Sequence record: PP620640
Length of the DNA stretch: 64,000 bases
Reading direction: 5' to 3' (one strand)
DNA from: Escherichia phage fKMPT1
The notes beneath the pieces are model-generated. The model saw only the letters and a program-made list of their open reading frames with translations, was not told where the DNA came from and did not search any database. A program made the position numbers and the translations under genes. Below are positions 44,743 to 53,420 of the stretch, piece after piece (position 1 is the stretch's first letter; each line of letters starts with the position of its first letter).

Positions 44743-45812
44743 TTAACCAACACCCAATCTTTTTAGGTGGTGAGAGAAAGACATTTGACTCACTTAACAA
44801 GCACTACCCAAAAATCTTTGAACTCTATAAACAACAAAAAGCACAAGACTGGTCAGAAGATGAGTTCCCTTTTGAACAATCACGTCTTGATTTTGAGAGT
44901 GTGCCAGCATCAATGTCAGGTGTAATGCTTGAGATTCTTAAGTGGCAGTGGGAAGCAGATACCCAAGTTGCTAAGAGTTTAGCGTTTGCTTTTGCACCAT
45001 TCATCTCTGATGACATTTATGCAACTGCAATTATGAAGCAGTCTGAGATTGAAAACCTACATGCTCTTACTTACTCAGAGATTGTAAGGCAATGTATTAA
45101 AAATCCTGAGACAATCTTAGATGAGATTAACCAGAACGTTGCTGTACAAGACCGATTAAAAACTGTGAATCGTGTTCTTGAAGAATTACTGGATGAAGGT
45201 ATAAACTATCGGCTGAGTTATGTCCGTGACTCACTTCTGGACAAAGACCCTTTACACTTCCATAAAGTGATTCTAAAAGGTCTATTTGCAGTGACTGCAC
45301 TTGAAGGTATTTCTTTTATGGCATCCTTTGCATGTACTTTTGCACTTGATGCTCAAGATAAATTTCAGGGTATTGCTCAAGCTGTCCAGAAAATTATGCT
45401 TGATGAAATTCTTCACACTAAAATTGATATTGAAGTTTTAAAAGAAACTTTAAGAGATGATGAGTGGCAAAAAGCTTTCCAACAAATTCTTCCAGAGATT
45501 AAAGTAATCTTAGATGAAGTAGTTGAAAGTGAAGAAAAATGGTCGTATTATATCTTCTCCGAAGGACGTGCTGTAGTTGGTTTAAATACAAAGCTTCTTC
45601 ATGAGTGGGTTTACTATAATGCTGCCCCACTGTATGATATGTTTGGCATTCCCAGAGATTTTGTAGCTCCTAAAGAACCACCTTTGAAGTATATGATTAA
45701 GAAGATGGAAATTGATAAAGAGCAGAATGCTAATCAGGAGCAACAGAACGGTGCGTACTTATTGAATACTGTTGTAGATGATTTGAATAGTGGATTTTTA
45801 GAGGTTCCTTAA
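44739..45812 (+). CDS. nrdB: Ribonucleotide reductase class I small subunit
   Basis: Start taken at ATG 44739 (MINQHPIF) preceded by AAGGAG; ferritin-like helical protein with ExxH-type segments (MLDEILHTKID); adjacent to nrdA. Confidence 0.7.
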   Translation: MINQHPIFLGGERKTFDSLNKHYPKIFELYKQQKAQDWSEDEFPFEQSRLDFESVPASMSGVMLEILKWQWEADTQVAKSLAFAFAPFISDDIYATAIMKQSEIENLHALTYSEIVRQCIKNPETILDEINQNVAVQDRLKTVNRVLEELLDEGINYRLSYVRDSLLDKDPLHFHKVILKGLFAVTALEGISFMASFACTFALDAQDKFQGIAQAVQKIMLDEILHTKIDIEVLKETLRDDEWQKAFQQILPEIKVILDEVVESEEKWSYYIFSEGRAVVGLNTKLLHEWVYYNAAPLYDMFGIPRDFVAPKEPPLKYMIKKMEIDKEQNANQEQQNGAYLLNTVVDDLNSGFLEVP

Positions 45813-46054
45813 TGACTTATGTAATTTACTCCAAAACTGGATGCCCTCAGTGTGAGACTGCAAAGAATTTTGCAAAAGCTCGTGGTATTGACCATGTTGT
45901 GAGAATGTTAGGGCAGGATTATGAACTGTCAGACCTGATGGATATTGCACAGATGCCAGTTCGTCAGATGCCATTCATCATGAAGACTGATGGTCAAAAT
46001 CTAAAACCTGTTGGGACGCTACAGAATTTTATGGCAGAGGTGAATAATGCTTAA
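45812..46054 (+). CDS. Glutaredoxin-like protein (NrdC/NrdH-type RNR reductant)
   Basis: 80 aa; N-terminal CPQC redox motif (KTGCPQCETAK); follows nrdB. Confidence 0.65.
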   Translation: MTYVIYSKTGCPQCETAKNFAKARGIDHVVRMLGQDYELSDLMDIAQMPVRQMPFIMKTDGQNLKPVGTLQNFMAEVNNA

Positions 46055-46253
46055 ACGCCTTTGGGAAGGTTTGGTTGTTGATGCACCAGCCATTGTGATT
46101 GGTATGCTTGTTGTTAACCTATTTACTGATTTTGAACAAGGTTCATTGTTTGGAGCCATGCTATTATGGGTTATCTTTGAAATATTAGAGATACAGCTAG
46201 GCATCACTGAAAAACTAAGAAAACTCGTTTCAAAGTTTTCTAAAAAGATTTAA
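46047..46253 (+). CDS. Small membrane protein
   Basis: 68 aa with two hydrophobic helices. Confidence 0.35.
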   Translation: MLKRLWEGLVVDAPAIVIGMLVVNLFTDFEQGSLFGAMLLWVIFEILEIQLGITEKLRKLVSKFSKKI

Positions 46254-46258
46254 AATGA

Positions 46259-46282
46259 AAGGGTCTCTTCGGAGACCTTTTT
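46259..46282 (+). terminator. Rho-independent terminator (UUCG loop)
   Basis: ggtctc-ttcg-gagacc hairpin followed by TTTTT. Confidence 0.7.
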
Positions 46283-46301
46283 AGCATGTAAAGGGGCAAT
46301 A

Positions 46302-48446
46302 ATGAACAAAGTACAGATTATTAAAAAGAATGGCTCACTTGAAGAACCTGATATCAAAAAAGTTTTAGCAGCAGTAACTAAGTCAGCTAATAGGGTTGGG
46401 TATAAAGAACTCCCACCAGATGTTACCCAAGCTCTTGAGTCAGCATTCATGAGGATTCTGGTGAAGTCCACTAAGCAGAATAATTTGCTCATCTCGGTAA
46501 ATGACATTCACAGTATTGTTGAGGGTGCTTTGGCAGAAGTCAATCACGAGATTTACGAGTCTTACTCAACATATAGAAATTACCGTAAAGAGGTTGCTCA
46601 AAATTGGGATGAGCTTTACCAAAAGACTAGAGACACACTCTTCTTAGGTGACCGTGAAAATGCTAACTTTGACAGCAGTTTAATCTCTACAAAAGGCTCA
46701 ATTATTCGTGGTTATCTGACTAAAGAAATCTTTAAACAGTACCATTTAACACCAGAAGAACTCGAAGCCATTGAACAAGGGTTTATCTACATCCATGACT
46801 TAAGAGACCTAATTTTTGGTGGTATTAACTGTTGCTTGTTTGACATTGGTAAAGTACTGAAAGGTGGCTTTGAAATGTCTGGCATCGAATACTGTGAACC
46901 GAAGTCTGTACTGTCAGCCTTACAAGTCATCGGTGATGTAGTTCTTTCAGCAACTGCACAGCAATTTGGTGGCTTTACTTTAGCAGAGATTGATAAGGTA
47001 CTTGTACCGTATGCTAAGAAGTCTCTACGCTATCATGCTGAGAAAGCAGCATCTTACGGTATTCCTAAAGAACATTACCATAACTATGTCATGGAGCAGC
47101 TACAGATTGAATTAACTCAAGGCTTCCAGTCACTAGAGATGAAGCTAAATACTGTACCTTGTAGCCGTGGTGATTTCGCATTCACAACTTTAACATTTGG
47201 GTTGCTCGACTCAGATATGTCTAATGAAGACAACAGACTGCAATACATGATTGCAAGTACTCTCCTAGATGTTCGTATGAATGGGCAAGGTAAGAGCAAA
47301 AAACCTGTTGTATTCCCTAAACTGGTTTATATCTACGACCAGAAGAGACATGATGAAAATATCTGTCAAGGTCACCTGTACAGTAAAGCTATCGAGTGTT
47401 GCTCTAAAGCAATGTATCCAGATTTCTTAAGTGTATCTGGTCACGGTGCTGTAGCAGAGGCTTTTGAGCGTTCTGGTAAGGTAATTTCACCGATGGGTTG
47501 CAGAGCTTTCTTGTCTCCATATCTTAACGATGATGGGGAAGAGTTCTACGTTGGTCGTGCTAACATTGGTGCTGTGTCTTTGAACTTGCCAATGATTTAC
47601 CAGTATTCTAAAGAGAATGGTTTAGATTTCTGGAAAGAGCTTGATAAGTACCTAGAGATGATTCGCAGCTTCCACAAGAAACGCTACGAAATGATTGCTA
47701 ATATGCCAGCAAGTTCTAACCCTCTTGCATTCACACAAGGTGGTCTGTACAAAGGTACTAAGAAATCTACTGACAAGGTTGGCTGGGATATCGTGAAGTC
47801 CTTCACAGCTTCTTTTGGGGTTACTGCACTTGATGAGTTATCTGTTCTTGCTGAAGGTAAACGACTTCATGAAGTTGGAAGCTATAGTTTCGCATACGAT
47901 GTTCTGGCATACATCAACATGAAAACTGAAGAGTTTAAAAATGAAGATGGCTTCTTATATGCTGTCTATGGTACTCCAGCAGAATCACTTTGTGGAACTC
48001 AGCTAAAACAGTTCAGAGATATGTTTGGCGTTATTAAAGGCGTTTCTGACAAGGAATACTTCACAAACAGTTTTCATATGAATGTTGCAGCAGACATCTC
48101 ACCATTTGAGAAGCAGGACTTAGAAGAGCCATTCTTCCATATCTGTAGAGGCGGTAGAATCCAGTATGTAAGGGTAGCTAACCCAGAAAACTTAACAGCA
48201 CTTAAAAGTTGTATTACAAGAGGGATGTTGAAGGGTTTTTATCAGGGACTTAACTTTGACTTAGCAATCTGTGAACATTGTGGTAGCAGACCAAAGGCTG
48301 ATGTTGAAGAATGTGAGGTTTGCCATTCACATGATATCTCTGTGATTAACAGGGTGTGCGGGTACTTGGGGTGGACTAAGATTAAAGGTGAATCCCGAAT
48401 GAATGATGCAAAAATTGCTGAGATTCGTGATAGAGTATCTATGTAA
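46302..48446 (+). CDS. nrdD: Anaerobic ribonucleoside-triphosphate reductase
   Basis: 714 aa; N-terminal ATP-cone, C-terminal zinc ribbon CEHCGS...CEVC and glycyl-radical motif RVCGYLG. Confidence 0.85.
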   Translation: MNKVQIIKKNGSLEEPDIKKVLAAVTKSANRVGYKELPPDVTQALESAFMRILVKSTKQNNLLISVNDIHSIVEGALAEVNHEIYESYSTYRNYRKEVAQNWDELYQKTRDTLFLGDRENANFDSSLISTKGSIIRGYLTKEIFKQYHLTPEELEAIEQGFIYIHDLRDLIFGGINCCLFDIGKVLKGGFEMSGIEYCEPKSVLSALQVIGDVVLSATAQQFGGFTLAEIDKVLVPYAKKSLRYHAEKAASYGIPKEHYHNYVMEQLQIELTQGFQSLEMKLNTVPCSRGDFAFTTLTFGLLDSDMSNEDNRLQYMIASTLLDVRMNGQGKSKKPVVFPKLVYIYDQKRHDENICQGHLYSKAIECCSKAMYPDFLSVSGHGAVAEAFERSGKVISPMGCRAFLSPYLNDDGEEFYVGRANIGAVSLNLPMIYQYSKENGLDFWKELDKYLEMIRSFHKKRYEMIANMPASSNPLAFTQGGLYKGTKKSTDKVGWDIVKSFTASFGVTALDELSVLAEGKRLHEVGSYSFAYDVLAYINMKTEEFKNEDGFLYAVYGTPAESLCGTQLKQFRDMFGVIKGVSDKEYFTNSFHMNVAADISPFEKQDLEEPFFHICRGGRIQYVRVANPENLTALKSCITRGMLKGFYQGLNFDLAICEHCGSRPKADVEECEVCHSHDISVINRVCGYLGWTKIKGESRMNDAKIAEIRDRVSM

Positions 48447-48454
48447 AACTTGAC

Positions 48455-48494
48455 AAGGTGGTGTGGGTCTTGGTAGGCTTACATCACCTTTTTT
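48455..48494 (+). terminator. Rho-independent terminator
   Basis: aaggtggtgt / acatcacctt 10-bp stem (one G-U) with 16-nt loop followed by TTTTTT. Confidence 0.55.
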
Positions 48495-48508
48495 ATTGGA
48501 GTTGCATT

Positions 48509-48853
48509 ATGGGCTTATGGCTTTATGTAGCAGTTGGTGGACTTGCATGTGTTATAATCTTAGTTGTTCTTGGAGTAATGCGATTCAAAGACATCATACG
48601 GTCAGATTTTTGGCCTGATTTTATTTTAAAATCTGTAGCAGTTGTGGTCATTATACTTTGTGTTTTTGTTGTGTACTACGCATATAAAACTATAATATGG
48701 ATGGACACAAGCAACTGTGTAAAAACCTCTCAACATCGTGAAGTTACCTACTTTGTAAGTGTGTTAAGTGGGAGCACCACTATACTTGTTCCACAAACTT
48801 CTGTAGAGTATCTTTACACATGTGATAATGGTAAAACTATATGGTGGAATTAA
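48509..48853 (+). CDS. Membrane protein
   Basis: Start moved to ATG 48509 after GGAG; multiple hydrophobic helices. Confidence 0.35.
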   Translation: MGLWLYVAVGGLACVIILVVLGVMRFKDIIRSDFWPDFILKSVAVVVIILCVFVVYYAYKTIIWMDTSNCVKTSQHREVTYFVSVLSGSTTILVPQTSVEYLYTCDNGKTIWWN

Positions 48854-49056
48854 CAATGACAACACTCTTAAAGGTATTGACACCCATACTACACATAGCA
48901 ATCTTCTTCTTTGGTGTTAGTGTTATGGTGTGGGGTTTTTCAGACCCACAATGGGGTTTCTCATATCATGGTCAGATGGATTTATGGTCATGCTTCAAAC
49001 CATTCTTAGGGTTAGCTATAGCATTCAGTGCATTACCAACTAAGGTGAAATTATGA
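48841..49056 (+). CDS. Small membrane protein
   Basis: 71-aa hydrophobic ORF. Confidence 0.3.
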   Translation: MVELTMTTLLKVLTPILHIAIFFFGVSVMVWGFSDPQWGFSYHGQMDLWSCFKPFLGLAIAFSALPTKVKL

Positions 49057-49448
49057 TTAAGTTGAACAAAAAACAGCTAGAGTGGATTAAAGATTACGCC
49101 TCAGAGTGTGGCTCTTGCGAAAAGAATCACGTAAGATATTCAGCATTCCATACGACCTTCACATTGTACATCAGTGACAACGTTCTAAGTGATTCCGTAG
49201 AAGATGGTGTAGCGTTGCCTAATGAATTACTTGATAAATTAGCTATAGTCACTGGAACTTGGTCTGAAGAAGACGGTCATGAATTATTTGACAATGTTGT
49301 CTTCTACAGTCTTGAAAACATTATGAATCCAGAGTACATTATGCTAATGACTTGTGCACAAGACTGTGTGCCATTACAAAACTTCATTAAAGAGCACTGT
49401 GAAGAGTTTATTACTAAACAGGTTCCTTGTCAGGTGGTGTTTGAATGA
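49053..49448 (+). CDS. Hypothetical protein
   Basis: 131-aa ORF. Confidence 0.35.
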   Translation: MIKLNKKQLEWIKDYASECGSCEKNHVRYSAFHTTFTLYISDNVLSDSVEDGVALPNELLDKLAIVTGTWSEEDGHELFDNVVFYSLENIMNPEYIMLMTCAQDCVPLQNFIKEHCEEFITKQVPCQVVFE

Positions 49449-49744
49449 GTAAAACAATTCGAAGAAAAGGTTTAAAGAACGTTCATGGACTTTATGAGTG
49501 GAGAAATGAGGTACGTAACAGAGAAAATGCTTCAGAGGTCTACTACCACTCTGATATGATGTCCAGAAAAGGTGGCTCTTACGACTTCACAAGTCAGCCT
49601 TGTAGAGAGATTAAGAAGGCTACTAAACGTCTTACAAGAACACAAATAAGGCAGCTTTCTAAGACATCCTACTTAGATGAAGACTTTGACATTGATAGTA
49701 AGTCTCCAAAGAAAGCTGCTCAGAGCACTTATATGTATTGGTGA
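49445..49744 (+). CDS. Hypothetical protein
   Basis: 99-aa ORF. Confidence 0.35.
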   Translation: MSKTIRRKGLKNVHGLYEWRNEVRNRENASEVYYHSDMMSRKGGSYDFTSQPCREIKKATKRLTRTQIRQLSKTSYLDEDFDIDSKSPKKAAQSTYMYW

Positions 49745-49753
49745 GGTAACTAG

Positions 49754-50239
49754 ATGAATTACATGGAGATTCGGCCATTTGACACAGCTAATGGTGAAGG
49801 GGTTCGTGTAAGCCTCTTTGTAGCTGGTTGTAAGCACCACTGTGAAGGCTGCTTTAACAGGGAATCTTGGAAGTTTAATGCTGGTAAAGAGTTTACTTAT
49901 GCAAACCTCTACGGCATCATTAAGTTAATGGATGATGAGGCCATCAGTGGTTTGTCAATACTTGGTGGAGAACCTCTGGATGATAGAAATATTCAAGAGG
50001 TTACCAACATATGCAAACGTATTAAAACTGTTTATCCAGAAAAGTCTATATGGCTTTGGACTGGTTTTCAACTGCACGAAAAAATCCACTTAGATGTAAT
50101 GAAATATGTTGACGTGGTGATTGATGGTAAGTATGATTCATCTAAACCAACAGTTAAACCATATCGTGGTTCTGATAACCAAAACCTCTGGAGAAAAGAG
50201 TATGGGTGGCAAGGTGATTGTCAATGGCGAGCAGAATGA
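49754..50239 (+). CDS. nrdG: Anaerobic ribonucleotide reductase activating protein (radical SAM)
   Basis: 161 aa; radical-SAM Cys triad CKHHCEGC; in same block as nrdD. Confidence 0.75.
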   Translation: MNYMEIRPFDTANGEGVRVSLFVAGCKHHCEGCFNRESWKFNAGKEFTYANLYGIIKLMDDEAISGLSILGGEPLDDRNIQEVTNICKRIKTVYPEKSIWLWTGFQLHEKIHLDVMKYVDVVIDGKYDSSKPTVKPYRGSDNQNLWRKEYGWQGDCQWRAE

Positions 50240-50477
50240 TTATTCTGGCAAGTGGACTTACGACATCAACAAGTTAGATGCTTGGATGATTTACACAAGA
50301 GAAAAATTTGGCGAACGTTCATTATGTGCTCTTGCAACGATGGTGAAGAACGTTACCTTTGTCATTCATGAATCAGATAAGTTTGGAGACTTCTACAGGA
50401 TTCAAAACATCAGAGAAGGTATAACTCCAATCGGTATCACTGAAGAAGAACTTCATAAGTTCTGTATTAAACTTTAA
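50202..50477 (+). CDS. Hypothetical protein
   Basis: ORF re-started at ATG 50202 after GGAG, overlapping nrdG end. Confidence 0.3.
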   Translation: MGGKVIVNGEQNDYSGKWTYDINKLDAWMIYTREKFGERSLCALATMVKNVTFVIHESDKFGDFYRIQNIREGITPIGITEEELHKFCIKL

Positions 50478-50492
50478 TGAGAGAGACTAAAA

Positions 50493-50759
50493 ATGGGAAT
50501 TTTAGGTAATATGAAAGCTGGCTTCTTGAAGGCACTGGCAAAAGCAGCAGCAATCATTTCTATGACTGGGAAGCAGGTTGGTGTAGATGCTTCAGCAATT
50601 GCACAGGTTCTTGCAAGCCAAATTGAACAGCAGCCTTACATCCACGTTGGACGTGGTAAAGGTGGTAAGAAGCAGGCTCATCGTAAATCTGGTGCAGCAG
50701 CTATTAAACGAGCAGCTAAAAAAGCTCGTAACCGTAAACGTAACAAGAAGGTTAAATAA
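50493..50759 (+). CDS. Small protein with highly basic C-terminus
   Basis: 88 aa; C-terminal KKQAHRKSGAAAIKRAAKKARNRKRNKKVK. Confidence 0.4.
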   Translation: MGILGNMKAGFLKALAKAAAIISMTGKQVGVDASAIAQVLASQIEQQPYIHVGRGKGGKKQAHRKSGAAAIKRAAKKARNRKRNKKVK

Positions 50760-50761
50760 TC

Positions 50762-51073
50762 ATGAGCAAAGTTTATAACACTCGCAAGATTCAGATTTTA
50801 GCACTTTGTCAGTTCATGCTTGACAAACATAATGCTCACTATTGTGGGACTGGCTTCTTGTGTTTTGACCGAAAGTATATACCTTTCAAAGAGGCTGTAA
50901 AGCTCTACAATGAGCATGATGAAAGTGACAAAGAGTTAAAACAACTTAAGCTGACTTATGACAAGAAGCATAAGAAGATTGTTTGCCTGAACAATTATAT
51001 CAAGCCAACTGAAGTACTGAAGTCAACGCTTGGTGAAGGTGAATTTGAAAAAGTCTTGAAGGCTATCCAATAA
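50762..51073 (+). CDS. Hypothetical protein
   Basis: 103-aa ORF followed by terminator. Confidence 0.35.
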   Translation: MSKVYNTRKIQILALCQFMLDKHNAHYCGTGFLCFDRKYIPFKEAVKLYNEHDESDKELKQLKLTYDKKHKKIVCLNNYIKPTEVLKSTLGEGEFEKVLKAIQ

Positions 51074-51086
51074 GCTTGTATGATTA

Positions 51087-51111
51087 GGGAACTGTAAAAG
51101 GTTCCCTTTTT
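51087..51111 (+). terminator. Rho-independent terminator
   Basis: gggaac-tgtaaaa-ggttccc hairpin followed by TTTTT. Confidence 0.65.
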
Positions 51112-51125
51112 ATTTTGGAGAAAAT

Positions 51126-51659
51126 ATGTATCTGGCAAACCTTAAGCGCTCTGCTGCAATGTCTGTCCTTCGTCTTGACTTTGATGAGCGTCAAGAATTT
51201 ATAGACTCCCACAAGTATGACCCTTCAAATTCTAATCACATGGTTCTTTGGAATCGTGGAAGCTTCCGTGATAAATCCCTCTTCAGATACTACCCACATT
51301 ACACCATTGATAACCTGTATGAGTACTGCGTTGTCAAAAACACTATTACAGTACTTAATAAACTATGCAAATACTCTGACAAGAGAGCCTTCACATTAGG
51401 TCACCACACACCTGTTACAAAAGGTGGCGAGCATCACTGTACAAACTGGTTTATCCAAACTAAAGCTGATAATCAGAAGCAAGGGGATAACCTACTAAGT
51501 ACTCCTAAGATGACCTATGAAGAGCAAGAGAAATATATCAAAAATAATATGCCAGATGTGCTTGACAACAACTATACAGATTTGGCAATATCTCTCCTGT
51601 TGAAGTTCGAGACAGTTTATAGGGCAACTTACAATGGCAGTAACAAACGTAACTTTTGA
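51126..51659 (+). CDS. HNH endonuclease-like protein (candidate)
   Basis: 177 aa; LGHHTPVTKGGEHHCTNWFIQTKADNQKQGD fits the HNH pattern HH..P..KGG....N.......N.K.GD. Confidence 0.45.
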   Translation: MYLANLKRSAAMSVLRLDFDERQEFIDSHKYDPSNSNHMVLWNRGSFRDKSLFRYYPHYTIDNLYEYCVVKNTITVLNKLCKYSDKRAFTLGHHTPVTKGGEHHCTNWFIQTKADNQKQGDNLLSTPKMTYEEQEKYIKNNMPDVLDNNYTDLAISLLLKFETVYRATYNGSNKRNF

Positions 51660-51674
51660 TTGAGAGAGAAAACT

Positions 51675-52130
51675 ATGATTTTTTGCAGCTTCCAAAAAAG
51701 AATTATTGAGATTCTATACAATAAGTTTGGGACAGATAACACATTTGACTCAAATGAAGCTATTGAAGCCCTACAAGAAGGAAGTGATTACATCAAAAAA
51801 CAGCCAATAGCAAACATCAGGTACTACTTGACTCAGATGAGAAAGTGGGGTGTGCTCATCGTGGTAGGACAGATTAAGCAACAAGGGAGGATGCTCATCA
51901 ACCAATTAAATAGGGGTTTTATTGAGAAGCACATTCAGCTAGAATATTTACTTAAAGAGCCACGAAACCAACGTGAAGAACAGCAAAAAGACTTAAGTGA
52001 TGGTGTAGGTGTGTCTCCAGACATAAAATTCTTTATTGGTGAGTTGATGTTTGATACACTCCAAGACGCTGTCGAACACTGCAAAAAGTATATTATCAAA
52101 GTAAAACGTGCAAAAATTATTTGGGAGTAA
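51675..52130 (+). CDS. Paralog family member A1 (unknown function)
   Basis: Start at ATG 51675 (MIFCSFQ); shares N-terminal MIFCxxQK..IEILY..FGT.NTFDSNEAI and C-terminal AVEHCKK.(I/L)IKVK.AK(I/V)IWE with 52552..53016. Confidence 0.5.
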   Translation: MIFCSFQKRIIEILYNKFGTDNTFDSNEAIEALQEGSDYIKKQPIANIRYYLTQMRKWGVLIVVGQIKQQGRMLINQLNRGFIEKHIQLEYLLKEPRNQREEQQKDLSDGVGVSPDIKFFIGELMFDTLQDAVEHCKKYIIKVKRAKIIWE

Positions 52131-52134
52131 TAAC

Positions 52135-52530
52135 ATGTTTGAGCTTCTGAAGGTTCTGTATATAACTTTTGGCTATGATAAAACATTTTCTGGCTCACAG
52201 CTAACTAAGGTTTTTAATAAATATCTACCACATGCTTCAATCAGGGATAAAGCTAATTGGTCTCACAGATTACGTAAAAGTGGGTATATTAGCGTTGTTG
52301 GAGCGACAGGCTTTAATAATGAGTATCTTATGAGAATCAATGAAAGCAAAGCTAAAAAGGTGCTTTTAAATTGTAATGACCATCAACAAAAGTATGAAGA
52401 GGCTAGTGTAGGTGAAGTAGGGTACTTCATAGGTGACATACACTTTACCAGTATGGAGGCAGCAGTTGAGCATTGTAAGAAAACGGTTATCCAAACAAAA
52501 AGAAAGCGTATTGTTTGGGAAGAAGTTTAA
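52135..52530 (+). CDS. Paralog family member B1 (unknown function)
   Basis: Start at ATG 52135 (MFELLKVLY) with GGGAG 7 nt upstream inside previous gene; C-terminal AAVEHCKKTVIQTKRKRIVWE. Confidence 0.5.
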   Translation: MFELLKVLYITFGYDKTFSGSQLTKVFNKYLPHASIRDKANWSHRLRKSGYISVVGATGFNNEYLMRINESKAKKVLLNCNDHQQKYEEASVGEVGYFIGDIHFTSMEAAVEHCKKTVIQTKRKRIVWEEV

Positions 52531-52551
52531 ACATTTGATTAGGAATACACT

Positions 52552-53016
52552 ATGATTTTTTGCAATTTACAGAAGCACGTAATAGAGATTTTATACAAAA
52601 CCTTCGGGACAGAAAACACTTTTGACTCTAATGAAGCAATTGACGCATTAAGAGAGAATAGTCTTTTTATACGAGGCCAGTCAATCAGTAATACCCGTGG
52701 GTATCTAACAATGTTAAGACAGTCTGGTGTACTGCTGACTGTAGGGCAGGTAAAAAGCAAAGGTAGGCTAAGTATTAATCAATTAAATCGAGCCTTTATG
52801 GAGAAGCACATACAACTGTCAAGGATGCTAGATAATACGCGTGAAGAGTTGGGGAGTTCACAAAAAGCAAGTTCATCTGATGTTAAAGATGTGGATGTAC
52901 AACCTGACGTAAGATACTTTATCGCAGATGTTATGTTTAAAACACTTGATGAAGCTGTTGAGCACTGCAAAAAGCATCTTATTAAAGTTAAACATGCAAA
53001 AGTTATTTGGGAGTGA
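52552..53016 (+). CDS. Paralog family member A2 (unknown function)
   Basis: 154 aa; full-length alignable with A1. Confidence 0.5.
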   Translation: MIFCNLQKHVIEILYKTFGTENTFDSNEAIDALRENSLFIRGQSISNTRGYLTMLRQSGVLLTVGQVKSKGRLSINQLNRAFMEKHIQLSRMLDNTREELGSSQKASSSDVKDVDVQPDVRYFIADVMFKTLDEAVEHCKKHLIKVKHAKVIWE

Positions 53017-53020
53017 TGTT

Positions 53021-53401
53021 ATGATTGAACTGTTAAAAGTCCTATATAATAAGTTTGGTTATGATGAAACTTTTACTTGTTCACAGATACGTAGTATCCA
53101 TGATAAGGAATTTCCAAATGTATCCAAGACAAACAAGTCAACTCGGTTCAATCGTCTTCGCCAGAGGGGTTACATTAAAATAGTTGGATACAAGAATAAC
53201 TCTTTTGAGTATGTAATGCAGATTAACAGAGAAGTATCAAGTAAAATACTTGAAGAGCCAACAGCCGAAGAACAAAAGATACAAGATGGTGAAGTTCGCT
53301 TCTTTGTGGAGAAGGAAAGTTTTGGGTCAATAGACGAAGCTATCGAATATTGCAAAAAGAACATTATCCAGATAAAGCGTAGAAAGGTTATTTGGGAATA
53401 A
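53021..53401 (+). CDS. Paralog family member B2 (unknown function)
   Basis: Start at ATG 53021 (MIELLKVLY) with GGGAG 7 nt upstream; C-terminal EAIEYCKKNIIQIKRRKVIWE. Confidence 0.5.
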   Translation: MIELLKVLYNKFGYDETFTCSQIRSIHDKEFPNVSKTNKSTRFNRLRQRGYIKIVGYKNNSFEYVMQINREVSSKILEEPTAEEQKIQDGEVRFFVEKESFGSIDEAIEYCKKNIIQIKRRKVIWE

Positions 53402-53420
53402 AGAGAAAGAGAGAGAAACT

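Noticed and set aside
48452-48457. TTGACA hexamer downstream of nrdD as a promoter -35 element
   Set aside because: It lies within the 5' arm of a 10-bp terminator hairpin and has no acceptable -10 at 16-18 bp, so it is more likely part of the terminator.
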